From the sequence record NC_054932.1: 64,000 nt of DNA; one strand, written 5' to 3'. This DNA comes from Escherichia phage teqdroes. The notes beneath the pieces were generated by a model. It saw only the letters and a list, made by a program, of their open reading frames with translations. It searched no databases and was not told the origin of the DNA. Shown piece by piece: positions 28,603 to 40,510 of the stretch. The translations under genes and the position numbers were made by a program. How positions within the stretch are numbered: the first letter of the stretch is position 1; every line of letters begins with the position of its first letter.

Positions 28603-30182
28603 TCTTTTACCTTAATTATGTAGTTTAAAGAAATGTTCCATGGACGTGTTTCATTTCCAATTAATTCAGGGCGATTTAACGTATATTTGGAATTTCGCTG
28701 CGATGCCGGGTCAATTTCATATCCATCATTGGTGAAGTATGAACGGTTATCCCAGTCAAGTCCTTTACGTGTACCAACAAAATTTGATCTACGGGTATTA
28801 CCGAATGCCCCAGAATCATCATGCTCACCAAATCCACCAGCATGTTTATGATAAGACATCTGCTGTTTCTGTACTTCACCAACATATCCACCAGTACAAC
28901 CTACACCTAATCTAGGTTTACCAAATTGGTCATTACCATTAACATTTGGATTTGTTAAGTGAGAGCCACGACCAGAGCCACGAACAAAAAGACCACGCAT
29001 GTCAGGCAATCCAGGATTTGATGAGCTTCCGCCATATCTTGTTCCAATTCTAGAAGCATATAATGGACAATCTGACGCTGAAACAGTTCCACCGTGGCAA
29101 AAACGCCAAGCATCACTAGGAAGACTATCAGCGGCCCACATCATAATAGCTCCGACAGGAATAGTTCTATCAATTTCATTTTGTGTTACGACACGCTTAC
29201 CTTGAATATAACCACCGGTCATGTTAACTGTTCCGGTAATATTTGCTCCACCTGAAGCTATTGTAAGCGTGTTATTAATGCGAAGTGTTCCATTGATAGT
29301 TTGACCGCCTCTTTGGTGGATAACGTCAGCATTCCAAGCTAAGGCTGATGAAGCATCTCCTCCACTCTGTGAACCGGCCGTTGTTGTTAATCTAACTACG
29401 CCTCTCATTGACGTTGTAGAACCACGACCATTAAGAGTTGCGCCAGTAACCGCAACAGAAGCATTATTCGAGTTAACTTCTGATTGTGTTCCTAATTTAA
29501 TTACGCCTTTATATTCTTCAGTAGCAGATGAATTCATAAACGTATAAGGAGAAATTGCATAGCCTTCTCTCAAAGTTCCCTGACGAACCTGCGCTACTGT
29601 TGCTAATTGAACAACACCTTGGTCCGATTCAGTAGCTGTGGTTTCAGAAGGAGCAATTTGCGCAATTAATTTAATAGCTAACTGCTGTGTTTTTAATGGA
29701 GTCATTGCAGTAGTATCATCTGCACCAGCTAATGCTTGCGGTAGAGATGAAATTTTAATAACACCATTCGAGGATTCAGTTGAAACTCGTGTTTCAAACG
29801 CATTATTAAGAGCAACAGTAAATTTAGCTGGAGTTATAGAAGATTCATTATTAACTCCGGCAATGGCTTCATCATTGGTTGAATATCTTGTTAATCCGTA
29901 AACAGTTTCAGTTGCGTTTGGATATGATAATCTTGTTGCCAACGTTGCTGGTGTAACTGCTTTGGTATTATTAGTTCCATCTATAACTTCCTGTTCAGTG
30001 GCAAGAAATAAAATTCCCTTTGTTGTTGACGATGCATCAGGAACTCCATTTACGCCAGCAGGAGAAATGGCTGCTATAGCAGCCTGAACATCAGTAATCT
30101 CTGGTGGAAAATTCGTATCGGTAGGATCAAATTTTACATAACGAGATTCATTAGAAACGTGTTGATATGTATTATTACTCAT
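28599..30182 (-). CDS. 12: short tail fibre protein gp12
   Basis: 527-aa ORF, T4 gp12 length and position. Confidence 0.9.
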   Translation of the reverse strand: MSNNTYQHVSNESRYVKFDPTDTNFPPEITDVQAAIAAISPAGVNGVPDASSTTKGILFLATEQEVIDGTNNTKAVTPATLATRLSYPNATETVYGLTRYSTNDEAIAGVNNESSITPAKFTVALNNAFETRVSTESSNGVIKISSLPQALAGADDTTAMTPLKTQQLAIKLIAQIAPSETTATESDQGVVQLATVAQVRQGTLREGYAISPYTFMNSSATEEYKGVIKLGTQSEVNSNNASVAVTGATLNGRGSTTSMRGVVRLTTTAGSQSGGDASSALAWNADVIHQRGGQTINGTLRINNTLTIASGGANITGTVNMTGGYIQGKRVVTQNEIDRTIPVGAIMMWAADSLPSDAWRFCHGGTVSASDCPLYASRIGTRYGGSSSNPGLPDMRGLFVRGSGRGSHLTNPNVNGNDQFGKPRLGVGCTGGYVGEVQKQQMSYHKHAGGFGEHDDSGAFGNTRRSNFVGTRKGLDWDNRSYFTNDGYEIDPASQRNSKYTLNRPELIGNETRPWNISLNYIIKVKE

Positions 30183-30838
30183 GCTGTTCTCTCAAAATGA
30201 TAAAATACTGTAGGAGTCTGCTGATTATCTAAAGTTACAGTTTGTGCGCCTAATAAATTCCATGTACCGTAGCCAGGTTTAGACTCAGAAATAATTTCCT
30301 GTGAAATAGTTATTCCATATGTAGAATATGTGCTTAATACATGTTTTTGATTATCTAAATAAGTAACTTCTAATTTACTACCATCTGTTGGATGGTCTTT
30401 ATATGAGTTAATAGCAGTAAATGACGCAATAGCTTCTTGAAGGGCAACACGAACTTTTGCAACAAACTCAATTGCCGTCATTCCAGTAGTTGCTGAAACT
30501 GGAAGACCAAATACTAATACCGTAACAGGAGAACCCGGAGGAAGAGAATCGTCTGTTACAGTTCCAGAAAATGCCCAATAATCGGTTTGAGAAACACCCT
30601 CAGGAGAAACACCAGTTTTATTAGTAATAATTGTACCAACGTCTTTTATAGAAAAATTATGAACATCATTAATAGCTGATTCTACGTTTGGTTCATAAAA
30701 TCCTTTCGCTAATTGAGAAATTGTCACTGACCCAACTGATTGACGATTCATTACATCTATATTACCAGCTTTAGGTCTAAAACCAAGAAAATCGGCTAAG
30801 CGGGAAATAACTCCCGCTTTATTATTAAGTAAACTCAT
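30179..30838 (-). CDS. 11: baseplate wedge / short-tail-fibre attachment protein gp11
   Basis: ORF open to 30856; start at 30838 overlaps the gp10 stop and gives the 219 aa I recall for T4 gp11. Confidence 0.85.
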   Translation of the reverse strand: MSLLNNKAGVISRLADFLGFRPKAGNIDVMNRQSVGSVTISQLAKGFYEPNVESAINDVHNFSIKDVGTIITNKTGVSPEGVSQTDYWAFSGTVTDDSLPPGSPVTVLVFGLPVSATTGMTAIEFVAKVRVALQEAIASFTAINSYKDHPTDGSKLEVTYLDNQKHVLSTYSTYGITISQEIISESKPGYGTWNLLGAQTVTLDNQQTPTVFYHFERTA

Positions 30839-32646
30839 TATGCAATCCTTATCCAACGATAAACTGTAATATATGGTTGAATGTTAGTTATTGATGTTGG
30901 CGGAGTGTGAGTAGAGTTAGTAGATGCTTTAGCTTCACGGTATTTAGTGTAAATTGGACCGGATTCATCTGGATCGTATTGACACCCACCAACAATGACT
31001 GATCCATTTTCATCAACTATTAGAACTTCTTCATCTGTTTCAGTTGCAGGAAGATTAGCATTTTCCAATGTAACAGAAGTAGAACCACCTGTTCCACCTG
31101 CAGTATGTGAAGGATTTCCACCCGAATCTAAATCGTTGTTATTTAGAGCAAAGTTAGGGTCCGAAATATCTTCATTCCATCCAACTAAAACTTTTCCTTG
31201 CCCAAATAATTTCCATGAGCCGAATCCCATATATGTAACAGGGTTGTTTGGATTAACAGCGTTTTCATATATAGTTCCAATAGGATAAATCGTATCAAAG
31301 ATATTTGAAACAGCATTAAATTCGCGTTGATAAGATTGAACTGCTTCTACATTTGGCCAACCAATTTTATCGAAGTCTGTTAAATTTACATCACCAGAAA
31401 TATCTACTCCCGGTCCTTGAGATACATAAAGATTATCAGTTTCATCAATAATCTCGTCTTTTGTTAATAATGTGCCTAAATCATTATTAAACCAGGTGAT
31501 ATTGATAATGTCACCATGCTCAAATACTCTATCGAAATGTAAAATTTCCGGTATGCCGTTTTCATCAGTTTCAATTGAATAATCGGTATGAGATTGTTCC
31601 CAAGTTCCACCTAAAACAGAGCATTCTACTTCATCGTCTGAATCGGCACCAACACAATGAAATAATGGCATTCCAACTGTGCCAGCCAATTCCTGCAAAA
31701 TCCCATTAAAACGAACCTCAAGAGAGTTAGGATTAATAGGTTCTCCTGGAATTAATCCAAAAGCAGAAAATGGAATTGATTTCATTGTTGATAAATCAGT
31801 AACGTAAATACTTCCTTCTAAAGAAGTTTTTGACGTTAATTTTGAATCTAACAATCTAATTTGACGTCTTGTATATGAACTTCTCCACTGCGATACACCA
31901 TCCATAAATGTTTCAATTTGAACAGTGTCACCAATATTACAAGGCTGTCTTAATCGAATATTAAATCCATCAAGAGGAACCAGTTCTCCTTCATTTTCGC
32001 CCGGAGAGCCAAAATCGCTGTTTTCGCTAAACACATCGCCATAATATAATTCGTTACCACGATGTTTTACTCTGATGTTATTTACATTATAACTAGTTCC
32101 ACGGAAAACATCTAAAAAGTCTGTTTGTCCTTGGACTTCGACTAAAAATTCTTTACGAGCTACATTACTAATGTCTGAACTGGTAATTTTGTCAATTTGT
32201 TTATTTTTGACATATTCCCAACGTCCTGGGGCACAATACACTAGTTCTAAATCGCTGAATTGAACATTAATTTCAACTGGTACTGCAGACCCTTTAATCG
32301 TATCGCCGGAAGCAGCTACTAGTGTAACTGGGTTGACGTTCCATGTAGCAAATACGTCTCTAGCTCTAATTACCTTGTTGTAATCATTAACTGTACCCTT
32401 TGGAAGACTTATAGTCACTCTTCCAGAAGATGTATTAATAGCGTATGATTTTCCCCATTCTGCTGTTAATGTTTGTCCTGATGAAGCATTATAAGTTTTC
32501 CAGGCACCGGCTGAATATGGAACATCACCATCACCGAGTTCATAATAAAGCTCATCAAAGTTTTCATTTATTTTTATACCACCTTTACGCAGGTAGTCAC
32601 CGGTACCATCATCTACAACATTACCGATATTAATATTTTGTTTCAT
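30838..32646 (-). CDS. 10: baseplate wedge protein gp10
   Basis: 602-aa ORF, synteny. Confidence 0.9.
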   Translation of the reverse strand: MKQNINIGNVVDDGTGDYLRKGGIKINENFDELYYELGDGDVPYSAGAWKTYNASSGQTLTAEWGKSYAINTSSGRVTISLPKGTVNDYNKVIRARDVFATWNVNPVTLVAASGDTIKGSAVPVEINVQFSDLELVYCAPGRWEYVKNKQIDKITSSDISNVARKEFLVEVQGQTDFLDVFRGTSYNVNNIRVKHRGNELYYGDVFSENSDFGSPGENEGELVPLDGFNIRLRQPCNIGDTVQIETFMDGVSQWRSSYTRRQIRLLDSKLTSKTSLEGSIYVTDLSTMKSIPFSAFGLIPGEPINPNSLEVRFNGILQELAGTVGMPLFHCVGADSDDEVECSVLGGTWEQSHTDYSIETDENGIPEILHFDRVFEHGDIINITWFNNDLGTLLTKDEIIDETDNLYVSQGPGVDISGDVNLTDFDKIGWPNVEAVQSYQREFNAVSNIFDTIYPIGTIYENAVNPNNPVTYMGFGSWKLFGQGKVLVGWNEDISDPNFALNNNDLDSGGNPSHTAGGTGGSTSVTLENANLPATETDEEVLIVDENGSVIVGGCQYDPDESGPIYTKYREAKASTNSTHTPPTSITNIQPYITVYRWIRIA

Positions 32647-33512
32647 TATTGAGCCACCCCGATTTTCTGCGTAGCGATAACTTTAACTGCTGCTCTCATA
32701 CCGACAGTTGAAGAACTTATAGTCGCCGTTACATAATTTTCTTTAATACTAAATGCAATATTAGCGATTTCGTCTTCTTCGGTTTCATTCCCAACCCGCA
32801 TGACAGCATATTCAGAAGAAATTACCTCTGAATTAACAGTATCCACAAGAATATTTATTTCTGCTGTTTTAATTTTTCTTCCATCTACCGATTGGCACGT
32901 AACTAGCAATTTAGCCATATTGTATTCAGTGCGATGAAATAGTGGAATATCAACTGATCCGGATGTAGAAATATTCCATGTACCTTCAGCTGGTGATTCC
33001 TTTTGTCCAAACATACTTTCAATAGAATAATTCCAAACCGATGTAGAATTATCAGATGAAATACAGCGTAAAGTAACTTTACTATATGGGCTAGTTACTA
33101 CTAAATTACCTGAAACACCTTTAATTGAATCAATAGCTTGAATTGTTAGAGGATTAGTAACTGATATTGATCCATTAGAGTTAATAAATTCAACGCAGTC
33201 GCCAAGTTCGCCTCTTTCAATGATAACTTTAACACCTACAGTAGAGGTATCAATATCATGCCTAGTGCCAACTTTCACTGGAGTTGCATACTCCGTAATA
33301 GAGTGTTTTTGATAATATCCAGTAGCATGGATAATTTGACCATCTGCTCCAGTGCCATTTGCTACTGCCATTTTACGCTGATCGCCAAACGCATTATAAA
33401 TTGCGTTAAAATCACTATTAATTTTATTACCACCGTCGAATAAGATATCACCAGTAGAAGCGTTACCAATTTCGCCGGTATCAATCAATTTCTTTGGTTC
33501 TTGAATGAACAT
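32646..33512 (-). CDS. 9: baseplate wedge / long-tail-fibre socket protein gp9
   Basis: 288-aa ORF, synteny. Confidence 0.9.
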   Translation of the reverse strand: MFIQEPKKLIDTGEIGNASTGDILFDGGNKINSDFNAIYNAFGDQRKMAVANGTGADGQIIHATGYYQKHSITEYATPVKVGTRHDIDTSTVGVKVIIERGELGDCVEFINSNGSISVTNPLTIQAIDSIKGVSGNLVVTSPYSKVTLRCISSDNSTSVWNYSIESMFGQKESPAEGTWNISTSGSVDIPLFHRTEYNMAKLLVTCQSVDGRKIKTAEINILVDTVNSEVISSEYAVMRVGNETEEDEIANIAFSIKENYVTATISSSTVGMRAAVKVIATQKIGVAQ

Positions 33513-33536
33513 AGCGGTTTCCTTATGAGTTTATAG

Positions 33537-33544
33537 TATTTATA
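33537..33544 (-). promoter_or_regulatory. late promoter core TATAAATA upstream of gene 9
   Basis: Reverse complement of tatttata. Confidence 0.5.
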
Positions 33545-33552
33545 AAGAAAAA

Positions 33553-33570
33553 GGGAGCCCATGGGCTCCC
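33553..33570 (-). terminator. palindromic hairpin GGGAGCCC-AU-GGGCUCCC downstream of gene 8
   Basis: Perfect 8-bp palindrome followed by a T-run on the minus strand. Confidence 0.55.
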
Positions 33571-33575
33571 TTAAT

Positions 33576-34580
33576 TTAAAATGTAAACAGAATATTGATT
33601 TCTTCTGTTTGATCCATTGCCATAATAATAGGTGGCCTATTTTCCATATAAATCATTTCACCCGAATGCCTCATTAAATCTTCTGGATCATAATAATCCT
33701 TTTCAGCTTTAACGTTTGGGTCATTTGGATGAGCTTTAGCTTCAAGAGGATTCGTGATTATTGATATTTGTCTAAATCCTTTATTTCCTGGCAATGCAGC
33801 TTCAGGAAAATAAACTGAATCTAAATATGCTTTAAAACGAATAGTATTTGCCTTAACACGGTAAATTAATCCAAAATCATCTTGTTGCCAAGTGAGATTG
33901 TCTTCATATCCCCATCTAGTCGGGTCTTCTTTTAATTCCTCAGGCCAAGGAACCACGATATATTCATTCGTGCATCTATTTATAGATACATCAGGCGGAA
34001 TCTCAAATAGATATTCCCACACATACCCGTCTCCTGGTTCAATTGTTCCTTCAGCATCTCCTCGGCCTTCAGGCGGAGTCATTGACCTAGCAGAAGGAGT
34101 CCATTTTCCACCTAATTTGAGGCATTCATCCTTATCAGTTAAAGATGTTATTGAACACATTCCGGTATCAGGAACATCTAAACAACGATATACTAACCAG
34201 CCTGCGCCTGATTCAGTAGCATTGTAAGGAGCTGAGTTACACACTACAATATCGTTAATTCTAAATGTGTATGGATCCGGATATCTAGTATCTCCCCAAT
34301 CTCTGCGAGGAATAACAGCATCAAGCATTGATGGAAGAACCTTTACTGTTCCCATCATATGCGTCCACATGTCAGTTACGCCTAATACAGAATCGGTTGG
34401 ATAAGGTGGGGCAAAGCCCACCTCATTTTCATTTGATGACCACGGTTCTGATCTTCCAAATGTGATAAAGATAGTGTTTTTATCCGGACCACTTCCAATT
34501 GAATTATAAAAATTCAACATTTTTTCTGTTCTAAATTTTGAAGTAACTATCGCACGATAGATAACACTTGAATCATTCAT
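33576..34580 (-). CDS. 8: baseplate wedge protein gp8
   Basis: 334-aa ORF, synteny. Confidence 0.9.
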   Translation of the reverse strand: MNDSSVIYRAIVTSKFRTEKMLNFYNSIGSGPDKNTIFITFGRSEPWSSNENEVGFAPPYPTDSVLGVTDMWTHMMGTVKVLPSMLDAVIPRRDWGDTRYPDPYTFRINDIVVCNSAPYNATESGAGWLVYRCLDVPDTGMCSITSLTDKDECLKLGGKWTPSARSMTPPEGRGDAEGTIEPGDGYVWEYLFEIPPDVSINRCTNEYIVVPWPEELKEDPTRWGYEDNLTWQQDDFGLIYRVKANTIRFKAYLDSVYFPEAALPGNKGFRQISIITNPLEAKAHPNDPNVKAEKDYYDPEDLMRHSGEMIYMENRPPIIMAMDQTEEINILFTF

Positions 34581-37500
34581 CTATTTTAACCTGTGTTGGA
34601 TTTTCAGGGTCTCTTGGATTTCCTATATTGTCTTTTAGACGTTTATTAACTAAATCTCTAAATTGTGCAAATGTTGTTCCAGATGCGTCAAATAGAGGAC
34701 TCATTAATTTACGTCGTTCAGACGGCAATTGACCTTGAAATATTGAATTGTTATTTTCAGCATTATAGTCATCAGGAAGAGGATATTCTACACCAGCCAT
34801 TGGGCCAGGCTCATAAATTGCTTCGCCTGTTACTGAATCATGCTCAATTTCACCAGTTGGAGTTAATTTAGCTACTCTATCAGCATATTCAGTAGGCAAT
34901 CCAGAATCCCATTTATAGTTTTTGTATTTATTAATTATAGTCTCTGTATGTTTAAGAGTTAAACCAACATTAATAAACATTGTTAAAAGGGTAATTGCTA
35001 TAAATCCAAATCCTACTGGATGAACAAAACGAATAACGTCAGATTTCCAGCGGGAAGAAGGTAAATTGGATTTAATTTTCATTACATAGTATGATCTACT
35101 TCTATTAATATAGTCTATATTGTTTTGAAGCAAATCCTTTCCTTTAACCCCACGAATAATTTCGCCTTCAAAACTAGGGAGTCTTTCTGCTTTAACTTCT
35201 TGACCAGCAATTAATCGTCCTAAAAGATTATGAATAGTTACGGTCCATTGCAATTTACCATTAGAATAGCTTCTTTCTATATAAGTAACATTACATCTTC
35301 CTGTTGCCGTATAAATCGTTTGTCCTACTAAATCTTCAGTCAAAGAATCAGATTGAACGATTATGTCATATTCAGTACCAGCCCCAGATTCAATTTCAAT
35401 TTCAACTTCTTCATTATAAAGAACTTTAAAAAGAAATTTGTATGATGCTTCAATTCCTTTAGTAGAATAAAAATCATAGCTACGTGATTCAAAGAATCTC
35501 GCAACAGCATCGCGTTTGTCAGCATTTAAATAAATGTTTCTTTTATATATCTCTGACCACAAATATTCCCATGCATGCTCTTCTCGTGGATATTGGTTAC
35601 GAATTAAATTTCGTAAATTGTTATACTGAGTTCCATATCCATCAGAAAGATATTGAATATATGCTTCGCAAAATGCTTCAAAATTCGAATCCTGTAACAA
35701 ATAAGAATCAGGCATCATTGTGCCAATTAATGGTCTTAAATCAGGGTCAGCTAATCCACGCTCTTCTTCTGGTGACCAAGGAGTCTCATGCTCTTGGTTT
35801 TGTAAAAATGCTTTTAAAAATACTTCAGTTGGCTTCCAAATAATTTCTACTGTATCTCTCACACGATAGTTAAAATCATAGTAAGAAATTATTTCACCGG
35901 AGGCTTTGTAGAAAAGCATTCCTGATGCGTATTTTTTAAATCCAGTGAATTTGACATTTGGCATTACTATAGTGCAATCACCATCATCCCAGTATTCATG
36001 AACTAATCTATCTGGTGATGTTTCCGGAATATTTTCTATAACTTTAGTGTATTTTAAATCAGCATAAACTACTACAACCCTATCGGAGTTGTTTATCCAA
36101 CAACGGGTGTTAGATTTTTTAGACCAATTAAAGAACGGTTCTGCGTAGTATTTCATTGGCTGAGGCGTAAAAGTTTCCCAATCAGATTTTTCATCCGCTA
36201 TAAATGCCATCATATGATAATGCTTATCAGCTAACCATTCACGAGGAAATTCATATTTAACAGCACCGATTAACTGATATTTCACCACAGTTTCAGGGTC
36301 ATTAACAACATTATCACTTAAAAATTTAAAATTACTCGAAGACAGAGAAACTAATTTACCGTCAGTTGACATATTCGCATATCCGGGTTGAATACGTCTT
36401 CTTTCTTCTTCAGTATTACCAAAAACTCTTTTCCATGTTTTTTCGTCATGATTTAAAACATATATTCCTTTATCAGCGGAATCAATTATTTTTGATGTTC
36501 TAGGATTAGCATTTAATGTTTCAACTTCACCAATAATAAGAGCAAAAACTTTATCACCGATAGAATCCATTTTATAGCATACTGCTTTAGGATTTCCGGT
36601 TATAGTCATGGTATCAGGTTCAAAAAGTCTTTCCGAATATGTTGGAGATAATGGATCAGAATCTATAGGTGCATTACTCGTTTTTATGTATCTAACTTTG
36701 TCTCTGGCGACAACGTAAATGTAATCATCGGTGCAAGTAATAGCTTCTGCAATGCGGTATACATTCGCTGGCAAAGTCGCGTAAGTGGCAAAAATTTCTA
36801 CATCAAATCCTAGATGTAATTGGTCGCCAAGTTTAGCAAATGTTATATCCTGAGAACTAAATCTGACATCATCAGCTGACCATCTAACATCAGTAGATTT
36901 GCGGCCATAGAAAATCTTGTCGTATCCTAGAACGTATGTAGTGTTCGCAGATTGGTAATATACTGTCTTAGATAAAGGATATCCTACACGATCATTGAAG
37001 AGCTTTACAGCTTTCCAGGTTTGTCCTTTATCATTGGATACTTTAACTACAGGTTGATAACGCTCAAAAAGATATAGAATCCCTTCTGATTCCATCAAAT
37101 AAACTCGATTAATATCCTTACATACCTGCTGAATAGAACCTTGTATTTCATGATACTCATTTTCACCAATAATAAAATTACTTATTGATGAAACATCAAC
37201 ATATGATGGGCTGAATTGGAACGATTCATTCATCAATGCAGCCATTATAGTATCATTATTAAAATTAACATAATCAGAATTATTAAGAGTAAATTTTTCC
37301 TGAATGAATTTATTAGCTAATTGCATTTCAATCATGTTTTGAAATGTATAAGCATTTGTAGCAAAAGTTTCAAACTCTTCGGTATAAATCCAATCAGACT
37401 GCTCAAAATCTTGTGCAGCTGTGGCTACTCTAATAATGTATGTTGTTAATGGATCAGCATCATCAAAAAAGAAACTATTATTTGCTGTATATCCTAAATT

Positions 37501-37671
37501 AATCCAACGATATTGATTACTCGGGAGTTTTTCCCCCGAGTTTGTTTTTGTCTCAGCGATTTCTACAAAATAGTAGAAATTAGCACCAACGTCATCCCAG
37601 CGTACTTGCACCTGATTTGCGGATAACTTGGAAATTCTGAGACTAGTGACTGAAGGTGCTTTTACTGTCAT
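34573..37671 (-). CDS. 7: baseplate wedge protein gp7
   Basis: 1032-aa ORF, synteny. Confidence 0.9.
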   Translation of the reverse strand: MTVKAPSVTSLRISKLSANQVQVRWDDVGANFYYFVEIAETKTNSGEKLPSNQYRWINLGYTANNSFFFDDADPLTTYIIRVATAAQDFEQSDWIYTEEFETFATNAYTFQNMIEMQLANKFIQEKFTLNNSDYVNFNNDTIMAALMNESFQFSPSYVDVSSISNFIIGENEYHEIQGSIQQVCKDINRVYLMESEGILYLFERYQPVVKVSNDKGQTWKAVKLFNDRVGYPLSKTVYYQSANTTYVLGYDKIFYGRKSTDVRWSADDVRFSSQDITFAKLGDQLHLGFDVEIFATYATLPANVYRIAEAITCTDDYIYVVARDKVRYIKTSNAPIDSDPLSPTYSERLFEPDTMTITGNPKAVCYKMDSIGDKVFALIIGEVETLNANPRTSKIIDSADKGIYVLNHDEKTWKRVFGNTEEERRRIQPGYANMSTDGKLVSLSSSNFKFLSDNVVNDPETVVKYQLIGAVKYEFPREWLADKHYHMMAFIADEKSDWETFTPQPMKYYAEPFFNWSKKSNTRCWINNSDRVVVVYADLKYTKVIENIPETSPDRLVHEYWDDGDCTIVMPNVKFTGFKKYASGMLFYKASGEIISYYDFNYRVRDTVEIIWKPTEVFLKAFLQNQEHETPWSPEEERGLADPDLRPLIGTMMPDSYLLQDSNFEAFCEAYIQYLSDGYGTQYNNLRNLIRNQYPREEHAWEYLWSEIYKRNIYLNADKRDAVARFFESRSYDFYSTKGIEASYKFLFKVLYNEEVEIEIESGAGTEYDIIVQSDSLTEDLVGQTIYTATGRCNVTYIERSYSNGKLQWTVTIHNLLGRLIAGQEVKAERLPSFEGEIIRGVKGKDLLQNNIDYINRSRSYYVMKIKSNLPSSRWKSDVIRFVHPVGFGFIAITLLTMFINVGLTLKHTETIINKYKNYKWDSGLPTEYADRVAKLTPTGEIEHDSVTGEAIYEPGPMAGVEYPLPDDYNAENNNSIFQGQLPSERRKLMSPLFDASGTTFAQFRDLVNKRLKDNIGNPRDPENPTQVKIDE

Positions 37672-39650
37672 TGTGATATAGGCTCCAAATCGATAGTTAA
37701 GTATTGTGGACGTAAGTCATTTTCAAATACAATCAGTGAACCATCGCGAGTAAAGATAACATCATCGGTTGGGTCAGAATATAATTCAATGGTCTGAACT
37801 TCAAATTTTTCAGATGTTAAATTAATTTTAGCGATATTCCAATAAATCATGTCAGCCGGATAATTTATTTCACCGATAACATAATATTTGTCACGTCCAT
37901 CAGAATTTGCTAATTTATTAAAATCATTGCCTGTATACGGCTGAATGTTTTCATTTTCTGTAACATCGCCAGAAGCAAATGGACCAATAATAACTTTACC
38001 AATTCCTTTAGAATCTCGGTCTGTTGATACTATACGAACGTCATATAATACATCTTCTTCTAAACCAGTATCAGGATTTACAACCTTTCGTCCAGAATTA
38101 AATGAAAACGTATTAGATTCCATAGAACGATCTTTTATTTGATTATTGTATTTAATACCTGCTTCAGGCGTTTTATAGAAGTTTTGTACTTCACGAACCA
38201 TTTGAATAGTCGCTGATGAACCAATGACAGAATGATCTGCATCATCTACATATGTCAACATCTTAGACTTGGCAAAAGACGAGTTAAAAATTTCTACATC
38301 TTCGGTATAATAGCGATCAATTTTATCAATTATTTGACCTTCAAGCCACTGCTCGGATTCTTGCAGTTTATTTAAAGCATATGTGACTTTTAAATTAGTC
38401 TTAATAAAAAGATAATTAGGAGAAATAATTGATGGCGTAATAGGAGCTAAATTATAGTCTTTGAGATAATTTTTAATATCTTCACGTTGTACAGTAGTTA
38501 GATACAGACCTGATTTAGGTTTAGCAGCAATAAATGCATACCCAGGTTTAGTAGAATCAGTGAAAGTTTGAACTGCTTGAATAATAGAACCAAATCTCTC
38601 TGAAACGAATGTATCATAGTCAGTCGCAGTTACGCATCGTTGTTGGGTTTCGCGTTTAATAGTACCCAATTCGCGAATACGCTCAATATCTTCTGGATCA
38701 CCGCCGCCATCTGCCCCAACAAAATCTGGGTCATCGTTTGGATTTTCATTAATATTGATGACAGTTATATTTGTTAATGTATCTGCGTATGAAAATCCGA
38801 CTGCTCCGTTCGCGTCAGCACCATTAGTACTAATGTACTCAATAACAATCGTAGAGTTCTGAGTAGGTTTAAGACCTCCGATATAATTAGCGGTCAAAGC
38901 TCCTTCAGAAGCATTAACAGAAATTTCACCTTCACCAAAATAGAATTCAGTGTTTCCATCAATAGTTTCACGCATATAATAAATCGTTGATGTTGAACCA
39001 GCATGAACCATTGACTTTCTCGTCCAGTTAATCCATTCCGCTCCATCAACATATAATTTAACCTGGTTTCTATCAATATTTTTATCATAAATGATAATAG
39101 GTGTTAATTTATCATAAATGATTTCAGTTCTTACTATACGTCCCTGGGCCAATTTTAAACGCGGAAAATATTGGTTATTTTTATCACGAATAGCAATAAC
39201 GTCTTCGGTAGAAACGAAGTTGTATGGATTAACAGAAGTATCTTTTGCATATGCTAAAAAGCGAGTTCCGCGAGGAATAGTAATGTAATTCCTATTCAAT
39301 GCGTCGGTGCATGTTAACATAATTTCGGTCTGCGCAGCGGATTTTGAAGTAGGTAAATATCCGTTATCTTGTGCAGCTTGAACAACTGAACTTCGTAAGT
39401 TAGCAGTACGCATAAAGCTTTCATACACAGCAGCATTACCAAACTGTTGAATGTATAATGTATTATAAGCTAAAAGGTCACACAGAACGTTTAATCTTGA
39501 GCCTTCAAAATCATAATCCAAAAATTCATTTTGACCATTAAGCCATTCAATGAGGTTTTGTTTTATTTCAGCAAACGTACCCCCGACGAATATCTCGGGA
39601 ATAGCATTTGCTGTTCTTGTTAATTGATAATTTACAGGGGTATTTGCCAT
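37668..39650 (-). CDS. 6: baseplate wedge protein gp6
   Basis: 660-aa ORF, synteny. Confidence 0.9.
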   Translation of the reverse strand: MANTPVNYQLTRTANAIPEIFVGGTFAEIKQNLIEWLNGQNEFLDYDFEGSRLNVLCDLLAYNTLYIQQFGNAAVYESFMRTANLRSSVVQAAQDNGYLPTSKSAAQTEIMLTCTDALNRNYITIPRGTRFLAYAKDTSVNPYNFVSTEDVIAIRDKNNQYFPRLKLAQGRIVRTEIIYDKLTPIIIYDKNIDRNQVKLYVDGAEWINWTRKSMVHAGSTSTIYYMRETIDGNTEFYFGEGEISVNASEGALTANYIGGLKPTQNSTIVIEYISTNGADANGAVGFSYADTLTNITVININENPNDDPDFVGADGGGDPEDIERIRELGTIKRETQQRCVTATDYDTFVSERFGSIIQAVQTFTDSTKPGYAFIAAKPKSGLYLTTVQREDIKNYLKDYNLAPITPSIISPNYLFIKTNLKVTYALNKLQESEQWLEGQIIDKIDRYYTEDVEIFNSSFAKSKMLTYVDDADHSVIGSSATIQMVREVQNFYKTPEAGIKYNNQIKDRSMESNTFSFNSGRKVVNPDTGLEEDVLYDVRIVSTDRDSKGIGKVIIGPFASGDVTENENIQPYTGNDFNKLANSDGRDKYYVIGEINYPADMIYWNIAKINLTSEKFEVQTIELYSDPTDDVIFTRDGSLIVFENDLRPQYLTIDLEPISQ

Positions 39651-39658
39651 TTTAAATC

Positions 39659-39952
39659 CTATTTAATGAATACTTTAGATGATGCCTGAGCCACAGTATC
39701 ACCGCATGATATTGGATCAGCCATTTGAACAGCTTTCTTTCCAGTGACATATACTTTAGAAGTTCTGGGTTGTGTCACTCCGCCATGTGTTTCATATGGC
39801 TTTTTAATTTCTGTATGTTCTGTAATTGGATCGCCTGCTACGAGAACAGCAATTCCTCCAGTGAATACTTTACTTTGTGTAGCATTCACAACTGTTGGAG
39901 GCCACGCTTCATGGCCAGCAGTAACACACTTATCATAACTTAATCCTGACAT
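39659..39952 (-). CDS. 5.4: PAAR-repeat tip protein of the cell-puncturing spike gp5.4
   Basis: 97-aa Gly/Val-rich ORF between 5 and 6. Confidence 0.8.
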
Positions 39953-40510
39953 TTATGGCCTCTCATACACATAGCTTCTCAGTTTATTAGCCCAACGACT
40001 CCAATTTCCAACTATAGTTTTAGTATAATTTTTAACGAGAGTTTTTCTTACTGGAGCAGGAGGATCTGCCGGTTCAGTAGTATCAGAAGATGACCTAGAA
40101 TTACTGCCAGAACCTCCAGATTCACTTTGTTCTTGGTAGTCATATATTAATGTTACTTCGTAAGTGAATGTCTTCTGGAGATTTTGAGGAGCTTTCCACA
40201 AATACAACTGAGTATCAGAATCAGTAGGAAGTTCTTCCCATGAAGCAGCAGTTTTAAATTCATCGCCTAAACGATATTTCAACGCGTCATTTCCGAAACC
40301 AAATACAGATTCATATGTTCCATATAAGCGATTTTCTTCTACTAAAACTCCAGGAGTTTCTTCGTAACTAGTTATATTTATAGATACTAACGTTTCACCT
40401 GTTTCTAATTGAGCGGTAAAGGTGACGTCGATAGAAGAACCTTCCATGGATTCTCCTAAATCAGCGCTCATTGGAAGTATATTAGCCAATGTCAATCCTC
40501 GATCCATCAA
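39953..40510 (-). CDS. hypothetical protein (5.1 position)
   Basis: 185-aa ORF immediately downstream of gene 5. Confidence 0.6.

Noticed and set aside
33553-33570. Perfect palindrome GGGAGCCCATGGGCTCCC as a possible att or recombination site
   Set aside because: Its position directly after the gene 8 stop with a T-run, and its GC-rich stem, fit a transcription terminator; no integrase or direct repeat partner is present.
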